Shown: positions 1-10,575, counted from the first letter of the stretch. The stretch: 64,000 nucleotides of DNA from a candidate division FCPU426 bacterium (GCA_963830915.1 CAWHOE010000027.1:100331-164330), one strand, 5' to 3'. A program made the numbers and translations. Notes: generated by a model from the letters alone, not told the origin.

Positions 1-845
<845 letters not shown>

Positions 846-856
846 GGTTTCCTTTT

Positions 857-1375
857 TCATTTGGGCTGCGCCTGCGTTGTGCTTTCGACCAAGCCCATCG
901 GCTTGGAGGCGGGGCCGACCGCCGTGACCTGGCGGTTGAGCCACTTTTCCATCTCCGGCTCTGGCAGGACCAGGTCGGTCAGCTTGCATTTGCGAAGATA
1001 GCCGGACATGGCCAGGTCCAGTCCCATCCAAAGGGAGCGGATGGCGCAATCCATGGAATGAATGCAGGATTTATGCTCCGCCGTGGGTGTCTCACAAAGC
1101 TCCTCTTGCTTGAAGAACTTACCGCCCAAGGCTTCCATCACGTCATTGACCGAAATTTCCTCAGGGGGCTTGGAAAGCTGGTAGCCGCCACTTTGACCCC
1201 GTAGGCTCTGGATCAAACCGCTTCGGCGAAGGATGGCCATGATCTTGGCCACATAGGCCGGGGTCAGGCCTTCCTTTTGGGACAGTTCAACGATGGTGGT
1301 ATTGCCCTTGTGGCCCTTCTTGGCCATTTGGAGCATGCATCTGAGTCCGTATTCTTCGGTCGATGAAAACTTCAT
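857..1375 (-). CDS. Rrf2/IscR-family transcriptional regulator of the suf operon
   Basis: [12 protein letters not shown] start, winged helix, [11 protein letters not shown], three C-terminal Cys; directly upstream of sufB. Start set at 1375 rather than the ORF-track 1465. Confidence 0.92.
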   Translation of the reverse strand: MKFSSTEEYGLRCMLQMAKKGHKGNTTIVELSQKEGLTPAYVAKIMAILRRSGLIQSLRGQSGGYQLSKPPEEISVNDVMEALGGKFFKQEELCETPTAEHKSCIHSMDCAIRSLWMGLDLAMSGYLRKCKLTDLVLPEPEMEKWLNRQVTAVGPASKPMGLVESTTQAQPK

Positions 1376-1497
1376 ACTTTTACCTCTTGCAGACTGCGAA
1401 AAATTAAATGGGCTACAAAGCAGTCTGCAACCCCAAAGATTCTGCAAGAATCGTGGGGTTACCATGAATGTAGCTAATCTATGAATAGAATGTCGTC

Positions 1498-1521
1498 AAT
1501 CTGTACGAAAAAGTCAAGTAT
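1498..1521 (-). promoter_or_regulatory. Putative IscR/Rrf2-type operator overlapping a -35 element
   Basis: Minus strand ATACTTGACTTTTTCGTACAGATT resembles the IscR type-1 half site ATASYYGACT. Confidence 0.4.
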
Positions 1522-1572
1522 AGGCAGAAGTCTTATTAAATCAAGCTTTTTGGGGAAATTTACGTTGTATGA

Positions 1573-1755
1573 CTACGGTGTATGACTGTGGAAGGAATCA
1601 GCGATGTTTTGTAGAACCGGCCTGACATTGATCACGATCACATCCCAGACCAATTTGGCTAAAAAGGTCACTTCGTGGGGGTAACAATAAGCCACAACCA
1701 TTAACAGGGCTATGATGATGGCAAAAATTCCTTTTGTACTGCCTTCTTTATACAT
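1573..1755 (-). CDS. Small membrane protein
   Basis: 60 aa with a hydrophobic helix; start overlaps the gluconokinase stop. Confidence 0.6.
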   Translation of the reverse strand: MYKEGSTKGIFAIIIALLMVVAYCYPHEVTFLAKLVWDVIVINVRPVLQNIADSFHSHTP

Positions 1756-2251
1756 CTTTAACCCACCCCGGTAATGCCTTCAAGATCCGACGGACTATTA
1801 TATCGATATTGGACGTTACATCGACCACTAAAGCGGCGTTTGGTTCCTGCAGGTCTCGAAATTGACTATCCAAAAGAAGTGGGTCAAAAAAATGACCATT
1901 CCGTTTCTTTAGCCTCTCTCTTATCCGTGTCTTACTTCCCTTTAAATGGATGAACCTCACATCGCCTCCACCCTTCAACACTTTCCGGTATTTCGCTTTC
2001 AAGGCTGAACAGGCCAGGACCGTCAGGGGCGAACTTTTTTCCCATTGTCTAATGAACTCCGACAATTTCTTAAGCCAGGGTGCCCTATCCCGATCGGTCA
2101 GGGGTTTTCTCTTCGCCATCTTTTTCAGGTTGGTATTGGGATGGTAGTCATCCCCATCATGGAAGGGACAACCCAACGCCTTGGCCAGACGCCGTCCCAC
2201 AGTGGTCTTGCCGCTCCCTGCCACCCCCATCAGGACGATCACCATGACCAC
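1748..2251 (-). CDS. gntK: Gluconokinase (GntK/IdnK family)
   Basis: MGVAGSGKTT P-loop, DGDDYHP, LTDRDRAPWL, ACSALK, LLDSQF. Confidence 0.93.
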   Translation of the reverse strand: MVMVIVLMGVAGSGKTTVGRRLAKALGCPFHDGDDYHPNTNLKKMAKRKPLTDRDRAPWLKKLSEFIRQWEKSSPLTVLACSALKAKYRKVLKGGGDVRFIHLKGSKTRIRERLKKRNGHFFDPLLLDSQFRDLQEPNAALVVDVTSNIDIIVRRILKALPGWVKDV

Positions 2252-2252
2252 C

Positions 2253-3008
2253 TCAAATCGGGACCACTTTCAAATAGTAATCCAGGGTCCGCAGTTTTTT
2301 CTCGATGGTCCTCTCCAAATATTCCAGCAGGGTCAGAAGGATGCTCCGCAAGGGGGCTGGTTTGATCTTGAGGATCTTCACCCGGTCCATCGGCAGATTC
2401 CTGAGTTTTTTCAAAAGTTCCAGGGTCAAAGGAGTGGCCTTCAAGGCCGAAGGGCCGGAGGGACAGCAATCCCCGCACAAAGCCCCTCCCCGGTGGGGGA
2501 TGAGCAGGACGCTGACCCGGTCCAGGGGTTTCTGGCATTCGGCGCAAGCGGTAAGCTCCAAGGGGTAGCCGGAGAGCTCGAGGAACCTCAGGCAAAAAGC
2601 GCAGAGCACCTGTTCCCTTGCCTCCGACCCTTTCCAAACTTCCAGGGTCTCCTTTATCAAGGCATAGAGTTCCCGGTTCGGTTCATGGTCGTGCAGGGAT
2701 TGGATCAGGATATCGGAAAGAAGTTGGAGGATGCTGATGGAACCCAGGTCCTCCTTCAAGGCGTGATGGTCGTGAAGGACCTTGGCCTGGCTGAGTACAT
2801 ACAGGTCCCCGCCCGGCCTTTTGTTCAGGCCGAAGGTTGACTCAGTGAAAAGTTCCATCGAGGAGGAAAGTTTGCTCTTGGGTTTACGGGCGCCCTTGGC
2901 GATGGCCCGGACCTTGCCGGCTTGAAGGGTATAGACCTGGCAGATGCGGTCGGCCTCGCCGTAAGCGAGGGTACTGAGGATGAAACCGCGGACAGGCAGG
3001 TAGGCCAA
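2253..3008 (-). CDS. recO: DNA repair protein RecO
   Basis: YGEADRI...GKVRAIAKGARKPKS; CxxC...CxxC zinc finger. Confidence 0.95.
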   Translation of the reverse strand: MAYLPVRGFILSTLAYGEADRICQVYTLQAGKVRAIAKGARKPKSKLSSSMELFTESTFGLNKRPGGDLYVLSQAKVLHDHHALKEDLGSISILQLLSDILIQSLHDHEPNRELYALIKETLEVWKGSEAREQVLCAFCLRFLELSGYPLELTACAECQKPLDRVSVLLIPHRGGALCGDCCPSGPSALKATPLTLELLKKLRNLPMDRVKILKIKPAPLRSILLTLLEYLERTIEKKLRTLDYYLKVVPI

Positions 3009-3011
3009 AGC

Positions 3012-3938
3012 TCAGGCTTCCGACTCGTCAATGAAGGTGACGGTCAGGCCGGGGATATAGACCCCCACCACGATTCCCACGACCATTGCCACGAAAAAAT
3101 CCAGCAGGGAGAACAGGATGCCGATCAGGGGGATCATGCTGAAAAGCCCCAGGACCATGCGGACCGCCATGAAGGCTATGACGTACAGGACCAGGATCAA
3201 TACCGTTCCCTTCATGATCCTCCACCGGTTCTTCCGGCAAAGGTCGTAAGCTTCCCGAAGGGACTCCCGGGCCGTCGACCCCTGGGATACCTGGGCCCTG
3301 GCCACCAGAGCGTAGACCGAAAAGAGGACCATGGCCACGACGAACAGGAAGACTAGGGGAAGGCCGATGAGGACCGAACATAGGATGACCGCGATGGTAT
3401 TGAAATGGATGAGCGCCAAAGCCCCCACCACCAGCCCGGCGATCACGCCGAACACCAGGAATATGGCCGCTCCCAGCAACGAAAGCCAGCAATAAAGCCA
3501 TATCATCGGCATCATGTACTGGAAGCCGTCCTTGAAGAATTGTTTCAGATTGAAGGCCTTTTCATCCCGTATCCATCTCCAGAAGCTGGAGTAAAGTCCG
3601 CTCTCGAAGACCGCCATGAGCATCAGCCACCAGGTGATCAAAAGGAAGATCAGCCCCACCACGATGCTCAGCCAGACCGGGTCGCTGAAACGGGCCACAT
3701 AATCCGAGCCAAATTGGGACCAATCGGCGTCCTGCAGGTTCTTCATGTTGTCCATGATGAAGCTGGCGTACTTGGCGATGAGGGGCCCAAAGATGATGAG
3801 CAATACGATGATGATGGAGGCGTAAATAATGATGATGAGCCCGAATTGAACCAAGAAAAGGGGCCAAAGCTTCACGGTCCTGTCCCATGCTTGTTTAAAG
3901 ACATCCATCAGGGACGGCAGTGTTTTTTCGGCTTTCAT
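3012..3938 (-). CDS. Multi-pass membrane protein of unknown function
   Basis: Several long hydrophobic segments; in line with recO. Confidence 0.8.
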   Translation of the reverse strand: MKAEKTLPSLMDVFKQAWDRTVKLWPLFLVQFGLIIIIYASIIIVLLIIFGPLIAKYASFIMDNMKNLQDADWSQFGSDYVARFSDPVWLSIVVGLIFLLITWWLMLMAVFESGLYSSFWRWIRDEKAFNLKQFFKDGFQYMMPMIWLYCWLSLLGAAIFLVFGVIAGLVVGALALIHFNTIAVILCSVLIGLPLVFLFVVAMVLFSVYALVARAQVSQGSTARESLREAYDLCRKNRWRIMKGTVLILVLYVIAFMAVRMVLGLFSMIPLIGILFSLLDFFVAMVVGIVVGVYIPGLTVTFIDESEA

Positions 3939-3986
3939 ATTGGCCTTTGGAGACGGTTTATCTATCGCAAACTATCAAATTAATCA

Positions 3987-4150
3987 GCCACCGATTAACA
4001 CCGATAAACACCGATTAGATTTCGATTTAAAATCAAGATTTAGACTTTTCCCATCAGTGTTCATGCCGACCTTCAATATAACTTTTAAAGAGGTCGGTAT
4101 AGTACCGATTTCCATATTTTTTATTCCATTAGAAAATCGGCACATCGGTG
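3987..4150. repeat. REP-like inverted pair (CCACCGATTAACACCGAT family); right arm interrupted by a mini-element
   Basis: Left arm gccaccgattaacaccgataaacaccgat; right arm atcagtgttca|tcggtg; same family as 15906-16004. Confidence 0.8.
4064..4142. mobile_element. 79-bp double-hairpin MITE-like element, copy 1
   Basis: TGCCGA...TCGGCA termini with CA on both flanks; conserved blocks shared with 49290-49362. Confidence 0.75.
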
Positions 4151-4210
4151 ACAAAAACAGATTTTGCCTTTTTTCTTTTCTCTAAAATCATCTTGTTCCA
4201 GAAAATCTTG

Positions 4211-4711
4211 TTACCTGTAATTGTTGAACTGCAGCGGCACCTTCAGGTCGGGTATGGCCTTCAAGAGCGCGATGGCGCCTTGCAGATCGTCCTTCGCCTT
4301 GCCCGACACCCGCACCTTCTCATCCACGATCGCCACCTGCACCTTGAGCTTTGAATCCTTGATCCGTTTGACGATGTCCTTGCAGACATCCATGGGCATC
4401 CCGCTGATGATCTTGACCTTCTGGTTCACCGTCCCGCTGAAAGCCGCTTCCGCCGTCTGGAAATCCATGGCCTTGGGGGAGATGTTGCGCTTGACGAACT
4501 TGCCCTTCAGCACGTCCACCACCGCTTTCAGACGGTTGTCGTCGTCCGCCACGATCTCCAGTTCCTTGGTCGCCTTGTTCAGGGTGACCTTGCTGATGGA
4601 ACCCTTGAAGTCGTACCTCTGGGATATCTCCTTCATGGACTGGTTGACCGCGTTGTCCACTTCCTGCAGGTCCACTTCGGAAACTACGTCAAAGGAATAG
4701 GTATCCGCCAT
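4211..4711 (-). CDS. yajQ: YajQ-family nucleotide/c-di-GMP-binding protein
   Basis: SFDVVSEVDLQEVDNAVNQ...RYDFKGS...VRVSGK.KDDLQ...PLQFNNYR. Confidence 0.95.
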   Translation of the reverse strand: MADTYSFDVVSEVDLQEVDNAVNQSMKEISQRYDFKGSISKVTLNKATKELEIVADDDNRLKAVVDVLKGKFVKRNISPKAMDFQTAEAAFSGTVNQKVKIISGMPMDVCKDIVKRIKDSKLKVQVAIVDEKVRVSGKAKDDLQGAIALLKAIPDLKVPLQFNNYR

Positions 4712-4752
4712 TCACTACCTCCTAAAAAACAATTGAACCCCAAGATATTTTG

Positions 4753-4859
4753 AACCACAGAGTCACACGGAGTCACTCAGAGTTTAAAACCGGAAATAAT
4801 TTTTGTTTCAAAAAATCAAAGACTTTACTCTGTGTGACTCTGTGCGACTCTGTGGTTAA
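4753..4859. repeat. REP-like inverted pair (AACCACAGAGTCAC family)
   Basis: aaccacagagtcacacggagtcactcagag ... ctctgtgtgactctgtgcgactctgtggtt. Confidence 0.85.
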
Positions 4860-4891
4860 TGCTTTTGCCGTTCTTCGTTTTCGTAAACAAA

Positions 4892-5779
4892 TTACGAGTT
4901 GTCGCTATCTTGGTCGACCGTATCGCTGTCAGGCCCGGGAGGCAATGTGATCTCCACCACCTGGCCCGTCGTCCCCAGTATCCCCATGGGCTTGCCATTG
5001 AACTGTACATCCACGCCGCCCGCGTTGCCCAACCTCAATTTGAAATTCCTCAGCGCCTGGTAGGTCTTGACCTCGCCCTGGGCTAGGTCCACCTCCGAGC
5101 TCGATTGCCCGTCGTCCATGGTCACCAGTACCCAGGACTTGTCCAAACCCTTGAGGATCAGGTGCTGGTACTTGTCCGTCACGTTGATAGCGTCATAGGC
5201 GTTGGCCGCGGTGGGGGCCACAGGCTTGGGGGTGAATAACTTGATCTTCCCGAACCAACCCTTGGTCTCTTCCCATCCAAACACGCAGGCGCCCAGGATC
5301 ACGAGAACGATGACCGCCTGGGTCATCCCGTTGGTCCATTTCCATTTGCGCATCATCCTGGACCTTTGCTTCCGGATGGAGGGGTCATGCTGGGGCGGGC
5401 CCTCGAACTGGTCAGCGTCGACCATTTCCAGGTTCAGGTCGTTGGTCTCGGGACGGTTGAACACGGGGGGACGGTCAAGGGTGGGTCTCCATCCCAGGGT
5501 CCTTTCCATCTCGGCCTCGGGATTGCCCGGTTCGATCTTGACCTCTTCGGCCTTCACTTCCGATTTGAACTGGCGGGTCAATAGCATCGGGTCCAACCCG
5601 GCGACCTTGGCCATGGCCCGGATGAAACCCTTCACGTAGACCTGGGACGGGAAGATGCTGTAGTTATCGCTCTCGATGGCTTCCAGGTACTTGACCGGTA
5701 TCTTGGTTTTCTTGGCCACATCCTCCAGGCTGATCTTCCTGGCTTCCCTGGCGTTTTTCAGTTCCGATCCGATGCTCAT
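4892..5779 (-). CDS. rodZ: RodZ-like protein (HTH, transmembrane helix, DUF4115)
   Basis: IGSELKNARE...YLEAIE...YVKGFIR; TM helix; C-terminal LRLGNAGGVDVQFNGK. Confidence 0.9.
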   Translation of the reverse strand: MSIGSELKNAREARKISLEDVAKKTKIPVKYLEAIESDNYSIFPSQVYVKGFIRAMAKVAGLDPMLLTRQFKSEVKAEEVKIEPGNPEAEMERTLGWRPTLDRPPVFNRPETNDLNLEMVDADQFEGPPQHDPSIRKQRSRMMRKWKWTNGMTQAVIVLVILGACVFGWEETKGWFGKIKLFTPKPVAPTAANAYDAINVTDKYQHLILKGLDKSWVLVTMDDGQSSSEVDLAQGEVKTYQALRNFKLRLGNAGGVDVQFNGKPMGILGTTGQVVEITLPPGPDSDTVDQDSDNS

Positions 5780-6594
5780 TAAAAGATGGCTCCTTCCACT
5801 ATTTCAGTGCCCTTGGGTATTTTGAATTCGAACAGGTCATCCTTCAGCCCTTTATTATAGGTAAAGTTGGAGAAACGCGCCTTGGTAACCATCGAGGGAG
5901 TTGTCACTTCCATTTGGTAAGGCCACCAGTCTTTTTTGTGTATATAAACCCGCATTTTATCGAACCCGGCGTTGTCGACCGTCGGCATGAAAAGCAGTCC
6001 GACCTCGTCGTTATCATCCTTGATGATGGAAACCCGGCTGATGGCCACGTAGCGCTTCAGCTCCTTGCCCACTCCCAGGTAGACCGGTCCCGAAGTGTCA
6101 CCCTTCTCTTTGTGCTGTTGGTAGACCATCTTCTGGTCCGGTTGGTACATCTCCGCTAAGGGTCCCACCATATAGAGGAATTGCTCGCTGGGCTGGGTGT
6201 AATGGACCAGCACCTTGTTGGGGGATTTGATCTTCACCGTCCCCTTGGACTTTTGCTCTGTGCCCGACAGGGTGTCCTTCATTTCCATGCTCAAGTCCAT
6301 CTGCACATCCTGGATGGCCGACTGGGCCTCCTCGACCTTATCCGTCACATCCGTCACGGACAGGGCCTTCTTGGGTTGGTCCGCCCAAACCGGGAAGGAA
6401 AGACACACAATCATTAACCACAGAGACACAGAGACACAGCTCAATAAATTAGGAAAACCAAAATTCTGAATCAAATTCTTGTGTCGCTGTGTCTCTGTGC
6501 CTCTGTGGTGAAAATCATTCGTTTTATCTAACACTTTTAGCTGTGCCTCTGTGTCTCTGTGGTGAAAGCCGTATGTTTTAGTTGTTTTTTTCAT
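5779..6594 (-). CDS. lolA: LolA-like outer-membrane lipoprotein carrier; N-terminus contains in-frame REP sequence; start uncertain
   Basis: ftsK-lolA-rodZ order; GTVKIKSPNK...Y..P.EQ...F.N...N.GL.DDLFEFKIPKGTEIV; ATG at 6594 overlaps the ftsK end. Confidence 0.8.
   Translation of the reverse strand: MKKTTKTYGFHHRDTEAQLKVLDKTNDFHHRGTETQRHKNLIQNFGFPNLLSCVSVSLWLMIVCLSFPVWADQPKKALSVTDVTDKVEEAQSAIQDVQMDLSMEMKDTLSGTEQKSKGTVKIKSPNKVLVHYTQPSEQFLYMVGPLAEMYQPDQKMVYQQHKEKGDTSGPVYLGVGKELKRYVAISRVSIIKDDNDEVGLLFMPTVDNAGFDKMRVYIHKKDWWPYQMEVTTPSMVTKARFSNFTYNKGLKDDLFEFKIPKGTEIVEGAIF
6416..6564. repeat. Three REP-like units (CCACAGAGACACAGAG family) inside the lolA 5' region
   Basis: 6416-6440 forward; 6487-6510 and 6540-6564 reverse. 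Confidence 0.85.
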
Positions 6595-9007
6595 CTTCGT
6601 TTCCTTCATCCTCTTCGTCGAATGGGTCGGGACTCGTAGTTTGGACGAGTATCTTACGTGGTTTGTTACCATCCGCCGGGCCCACAATACCCCTTATTTC
6701 CATGTCATCCAGCAATCTGGCCGCCCTGCCGTACCCTACTTTGAGGCGCCGTTGTAATAGGGAGGTGGAAGCCTGTTTGGCCCTCATGACGATCTCCACC
6801 GCCTGGTCGTAATACTCGTCCTCGCTGTCTTCCGTCACCACGTCCCGGGACTTGGCGGAAGTAAGGTCCTCGGAGTAAATGGGCCCGCCCTGGGACTTCC
6901 AAAAGTCCGCCAGGCGCTCGATCTCTTCCAGCGTCACATAGGCTCCCTGAAGCCGCAAGGGTTTGGGAGCGCCCGAGGCCAGGTACAGCATGTCGCCTCG
7001 GCCTAACAGTGCCTCCGCGCCGTTCATGTCCAGGATGGTGCGCGAGTCGACCTTGGAAAAGACCTGGAAGGCGATACGAGAGGGAAAGTTGGCCTTGATG
7101 ATGCCGGTGATGACCTCCACCGACGGCCTCTGGGTCGCCAGCACCAGGTGGATGCCCACTGCCCGGGCCATCTGGGCCAGACGCGTGATGGAATCCTCGA
7201 CCTGGTCCTTGGCCGTCATCATCAGGTCGGCCAGCTCGTCCACCAGCACCACGATGTAGTACATGTTGTACTGGTCCGCCTCGCCCGCTTCCCTCTTCTG
7301 CGCCATCTTGGCGTTGTAGGTGTCGATGTCCCTCGCGCCCACATGGGCCAGGGCCTGGTACCTTTCTTCCATTTCCCGCACCAGCCACTTCAGGGCCAAG
7401 TGGGCTTCCTTGGGGTCGTTCACTACCGGCAGAGCCAAGTGGGGCAGGCCCTTGAAGATGCTCATCTCGACCCTTTTGGGGTCGATCAGCACCATGCGCA
7501 GGTCCTCGGGGGTGAGCTTGAAGATGAGGCTGGCGATAAGGGTATTCACGCAGACGCTCTTGCCCGACCCGGTGGAACCGGCGATGAGCACGTGGGGCAT
7601 TTCCTTCAGGCTGGCCAGGCAGGAGGACCCGGCGATGTCCTTCCCCAGGGCCACGGTCAGTTTTTTGGTGGCTGATTGGAAATCGTCCTGAGCCAAAAGT
7701 TCCTTGAGGGTGACGATGCGTCCCTTGCTGTTGGGCACCTCGATGCCGACCGCCGCCTTGCCAGGGATGGGCGCCACGATGCGCAAGTGCCCGCATTGCA
7801 GGGCCAAGGCCAGGTCATCGGATAAGGAAGCGATCTGGTTGATCTTTACCCCCGCCGCCGGCTGGACCTCGTACTGGGTCACGGTGGGCCCGGGGTTGAC
7901 GGCCACCACTTTGGCCTCGACGTTGAAGTTCTTCAGGGTCTCCACAATGGTGTTGCTGACCGCCTCGTAGTTATCCACCATCTTCTCGCTGAGATCCTCG
8001 ACCGTCTTCAGGATATGCACCGTGGGCAACTGCCACTGGCGGATGACCCGGTGAGGCTTGGACGGTTCTTCTTCCTCTTCTTCCGTACCCTTTTCTTCCT
8101 CGGCGAACTCGATGCTGGCCGCTTCCATCTTTTGCTTGGTCGTCATGGGGTCGCTTCCCCTGGCTTCCGCCAGGGCAGCCTCGACCATGTCCTCCGCCTC
8201 AGGCTCTGGCTCCGCCTCGCCGGTGAAAAGGGGTTTGGCCTTCGGGCCTGAAAGGGGCGTTTTGGACGCTTTGGGTGGAGGGGATATGACCACGGCCCTG
8301 GGCGGTTTGACCACCGGAACCTCCTCCTCGTTCTTAGGGACAGCCCTTTGTTTGGATTCGACCTTTTCCCGCGCCTTCTCCGCCACTTCGTGGGTCTGTT
8401 TGCGGGACTTCCACTTCTCGAAAGCTTCCACGCCCTTGTCATAGGCCATGCCGAAAGCCTTGAAGCCGTTCTCTTTCAGGAATTCCAGGCCCCGGCCGAA
8501 ACCATCCAGCACCCCTTTACCCACGTTCACCAGGTGCTCTTCTTTTTCCAGGAACCAGGCGGACAGCACCAACACCATCAGGCAGATGACCATGGTCCCG
8601 AACCGGGTCAGCACCGCTTCCATCCGGTCGCCGGCCAGCTCGCCCAGTTTGCCGCCCCACTCCACCCCTTCCCTCATTTGGGAAGCCGAGAACATCTGCA
8701 CCCCGGGGAACATCACCCTCAGGGCCACACAGAAAGAAAGCAGACCCAGCAAAAGACCCAGCAGTTTCAGGCCGGGTTTGGACAATGGCTCGTCCGTGAA
8801 ACGGCCGTAGGCGAAACGGAAAAGGACCAGCGGGAAGAACCAGGCGCAAAGGCCGAACCCGCTATAGAGGAAGTAGGAAAGGCCGGAACCGATATTGCCC
8901 AGCAGATTGGGGTTGGAAGCCGTGGGTATCAGGGACAGGGCGATCAGCACGCCCAAGCACCCCGTGAGGAAGACCACCAAAAAATGATGGCGTTTGTCTT
9001 TTGTCAT
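6578..9007 (-). CDS. ftsK: DNA translocase FtsK/SpoIIIE
   Basis: N-terminal TM segments, PHVLIAGSTGSGKSV, IDPKRVEM, VLVDELADLMM, ARAVGIHLVLATQRPS, gamma domain ASTSLLQRRLKVGYGRAARLLD. Confidence 0.98.
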   Translation of the reverse strand: MTKDKRHHFLVVFLTGCLGVLIALSLIPTASNPNLLGNIGSGLSYFLYSGFGLCAWFFPLVLFRFAYGRFTDEPLSKPGLKLLGLLLGLLSFCVALRVMFPGVQMFSASQMREGVEWGGKLGELAGDRMEAVLTRFGTMVICLMVLVLSAWFLEKEEHLVNVGKGVLDGFGRGLEFLKENGFKAFGMAYDKGVEAFEKWKSRKQTHEVAEKAREKVESKQRAVPKNEEEVPVVKPPRAVVISPPPKASKTPLSGPKAKPLFTGEAEPEPEAEDMVEAALAEARGSDPMTTKQKMEAASIEFAEEEKGTEEEEEEPSKPHRVIRQWQLPTVHILKTVEDLSEKMVDNYEAVSNTIVETLKNFNVEAKVVAVNPGPTVTQYEVQPAAGVKINQIASLSDDLALALQCGHLRIVAPIPGKAAVGIEVPNSKGRIVTLKELLAQDDFQSATKKLTVALGKDIAGSSCLASLKEMPHVLIAGSTGSGKSVCVNTLIASLIFKLTPEDLRMVLIDPKRVEMSIFKGLPHLALPVVNDPKEAHLALKWLVREMEERYQALAHVGARDIDTYNAKMAQKREAGEADQYNMYYIVVLVDELADLMMTAKDQVEDSITRLAQMARAVGIHLVLATQRPSVEVITGIIKANFPSRIAFQVFSKVDSRTILDMNGAEALLGRGDMLYLASGAPKPLRLQGAYVTLEEIERLADFWKSQGGPIYSEDLTSAKSRDVVTEDSEDEYYDQAVEIVMRAKQASTSLLQRRLKVGYGRAARLLDDMEIRGIVGPADGNKPRKILVQTTSPDPFDEEDEGNEDEKNN

Positions 9008-9072
9008 TGCCTTATCGAGCCTTTACGAAAGTATTAAACTGGCACAAGCACACCAGCCCAAAATAAAATTTT

Positions 9073-9163
9073 GCCACAGATACATGGGATTCATGAGATT
9101 TTAAAATCGTGATAATTTTAAACTCTTTCTTCGCCTATCCAATGCATCCCATGCATCTGTGGC
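9073..9163. repeat. REP-like inverted pair (GCCACAGAT family)
   Basis: gccacagatacatgggat ... atcccatgcatctgtggc. Confidence 0.75.
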
Positions 9164-9462
9164 TAATTAAGCCTTAGCCGTGCCTTTTATCCTAAACAAT
9201 AAATTCAATTGATTTGACTATCTATGGCCTTGGGATTACGCCTTTCTCGGACAGTCGTGTGACACAAGATATCAGCGAAGAACCGAGATATAGACTCCGG
9301 GAAAGCGTTTTTTTGAGTCAGTTGGTGGCGGAAGTTCATTCTGGATTCAAAGTATAGACCATCCGAGAGGCCCATTTGAAGATAAATGTTTCTGCCGAAC
9401 CTCGGCCTTTCATCCTGTAAAATGAAACCCCTCAAGCCGTCCTGACCCATGAAAGGATCACC

Positions 9463-10377
9463 TTGCTTCTTCTCTACATCGCCTTCAACGTCGTACTGCC
9501 CATCTTCATCGTCATGGCCCTGGGTTACGCCTTGGCGAAATTTTTCCCCATTGACCTCAACACCCTTTCCAAACTGAACTTCTATGTCTTCATCCCGGTC
9601 TTCATGTTCTACAGCCTGCTCATCTTCAAACCCGGCAACCGGGAAATGGCGCTCACCGTTCTCTTCAACCTCATCCTGGCCGTGGTCACCTTCCTCGTCA
9701 TGATCGGCATTACCCGGGCCTTGAAGTTCCCTCCCGGCCTGGCGGCTTCCTCCACCCTGGGGGTGATGATCTTCAACTCGGCCAATTACGGCATCCCCAT
9801 CGTCCAGCTGGCTTTCCAGGGCGAGGGGGTGGCCATCCAGGTCATTACCATCACTACGATGAACATCCTTACCTATACGGTGGGCATCTTCATCGCCGGG
9901 GGGTGGGCCGAATGGCGCAAAGGACTTATCACCATCTTGAAGCTTCCCATCCTTTACGCCCTCTTACTGGCCTTGGCGATCCGGGGTTTGAGCCTGAACC
10001 TGCCCGACGCTTTCCTGACCCCCTTGAAATGGACCTCGGACGGGATGTTGCCCATCGCTCTTTTGACCCTGGGCGCCCAGTTGGGACAGGGGGGCATCAC
10101 CCTGAAAAGCCCGAAGCAACTGTGGATCACCGTCGCTGGAAGGCTTTTGATCGGGCCCATCCTGGCCTTTTTACTCATCAGCGCCATGGATATCCATGGG
10201 CTTCTGGCCCGGGTGCTATTTGTGTCCAGCGCCTTCCCCACCGCCGTCATCACGGTCATTTTTGGCATCGAGTACGATAAGGAGCCCACTTTCGCCGCGG
10301 ACGTGGTCTTTATCACGACCCTGCTATCTGCCATCACGGTCACGGGCGCTCTGAGTCTTTCCACCATTCTTTTTTAG
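9463..10377 (+). CDS. AEC-family (auxin efflux carrier-like) transporter
   Basis: About 10 TM helices; NSANYGIP, PIALLTLGAQL, PTAV...FITTLLS motifs. Confidence 0.9.
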   Translation: MLLLYIAFNVVLPIFIVMALGYALAKFFPIDLNTLSKLNFYVFIPVFMFYSLLIFKPGNREMALTVLFNLILAVVTFLVMIGITRALKFPPGLAASSTLGVMIFNSANYGIPIVQLAFQGEGVAIQVITITTMNILTYTVGIFIAGGWAEWRKGLITILKLPILYALLLALAIRGLSLNLPDAFLTPLKWTSDGMLPIALLTLGAQLGQGGITLKSPKQLWITVAGRLLIGPILAFLLISAMDIHGLLARVLFVSSAFPTAVITVIFGIEYDKEPTFAADVVFITTLLSAITVTGALSLSTILF

Positions 10378-10407
10378 AAAAACGCACAGAGGTTAGATAG
10401 GAAGAAT

Positions 10408-10575
10408 ATGGGCAATCAGGACAAAAACCCCAAAAGCCTTTCCCACGCCAAAGACAAAGACCTTTTGAAGAACCCTTCCTACAAAAACATGATCAATCCC
10501 TATGAAAGTAAGTATCCTCAAAAGAAGAAGGCTATTGATCCAGCTACACAGGGATTTCGAAAAAAACAGAAATAG
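10408..10575 (+). CDS. Small basic hypothetical protein (55 aa; below the ORF-track cutoff)
   Basis: AGGAAG RBS, then MGNQDKNPKSLSHAKDKDLLKNPSYKNMINPYESKYPQKKKAIDPATQGFRKKQK*. Confidence 0.5.
   Translation: MGNQDKNPKSLSHAKDKDLLKNPSYKNMINPYESKYPQKKKAIDPATQGFRKKQK

Noticed and set aside
6705..7796. Long alternative-frame and antisense ORFs over GC-rich genes (also 36003-37049, 49514-50647, 51497-52864, 55982-56920)
   Set aside because: They overlap well-identified genes and are expected from high third-position GC
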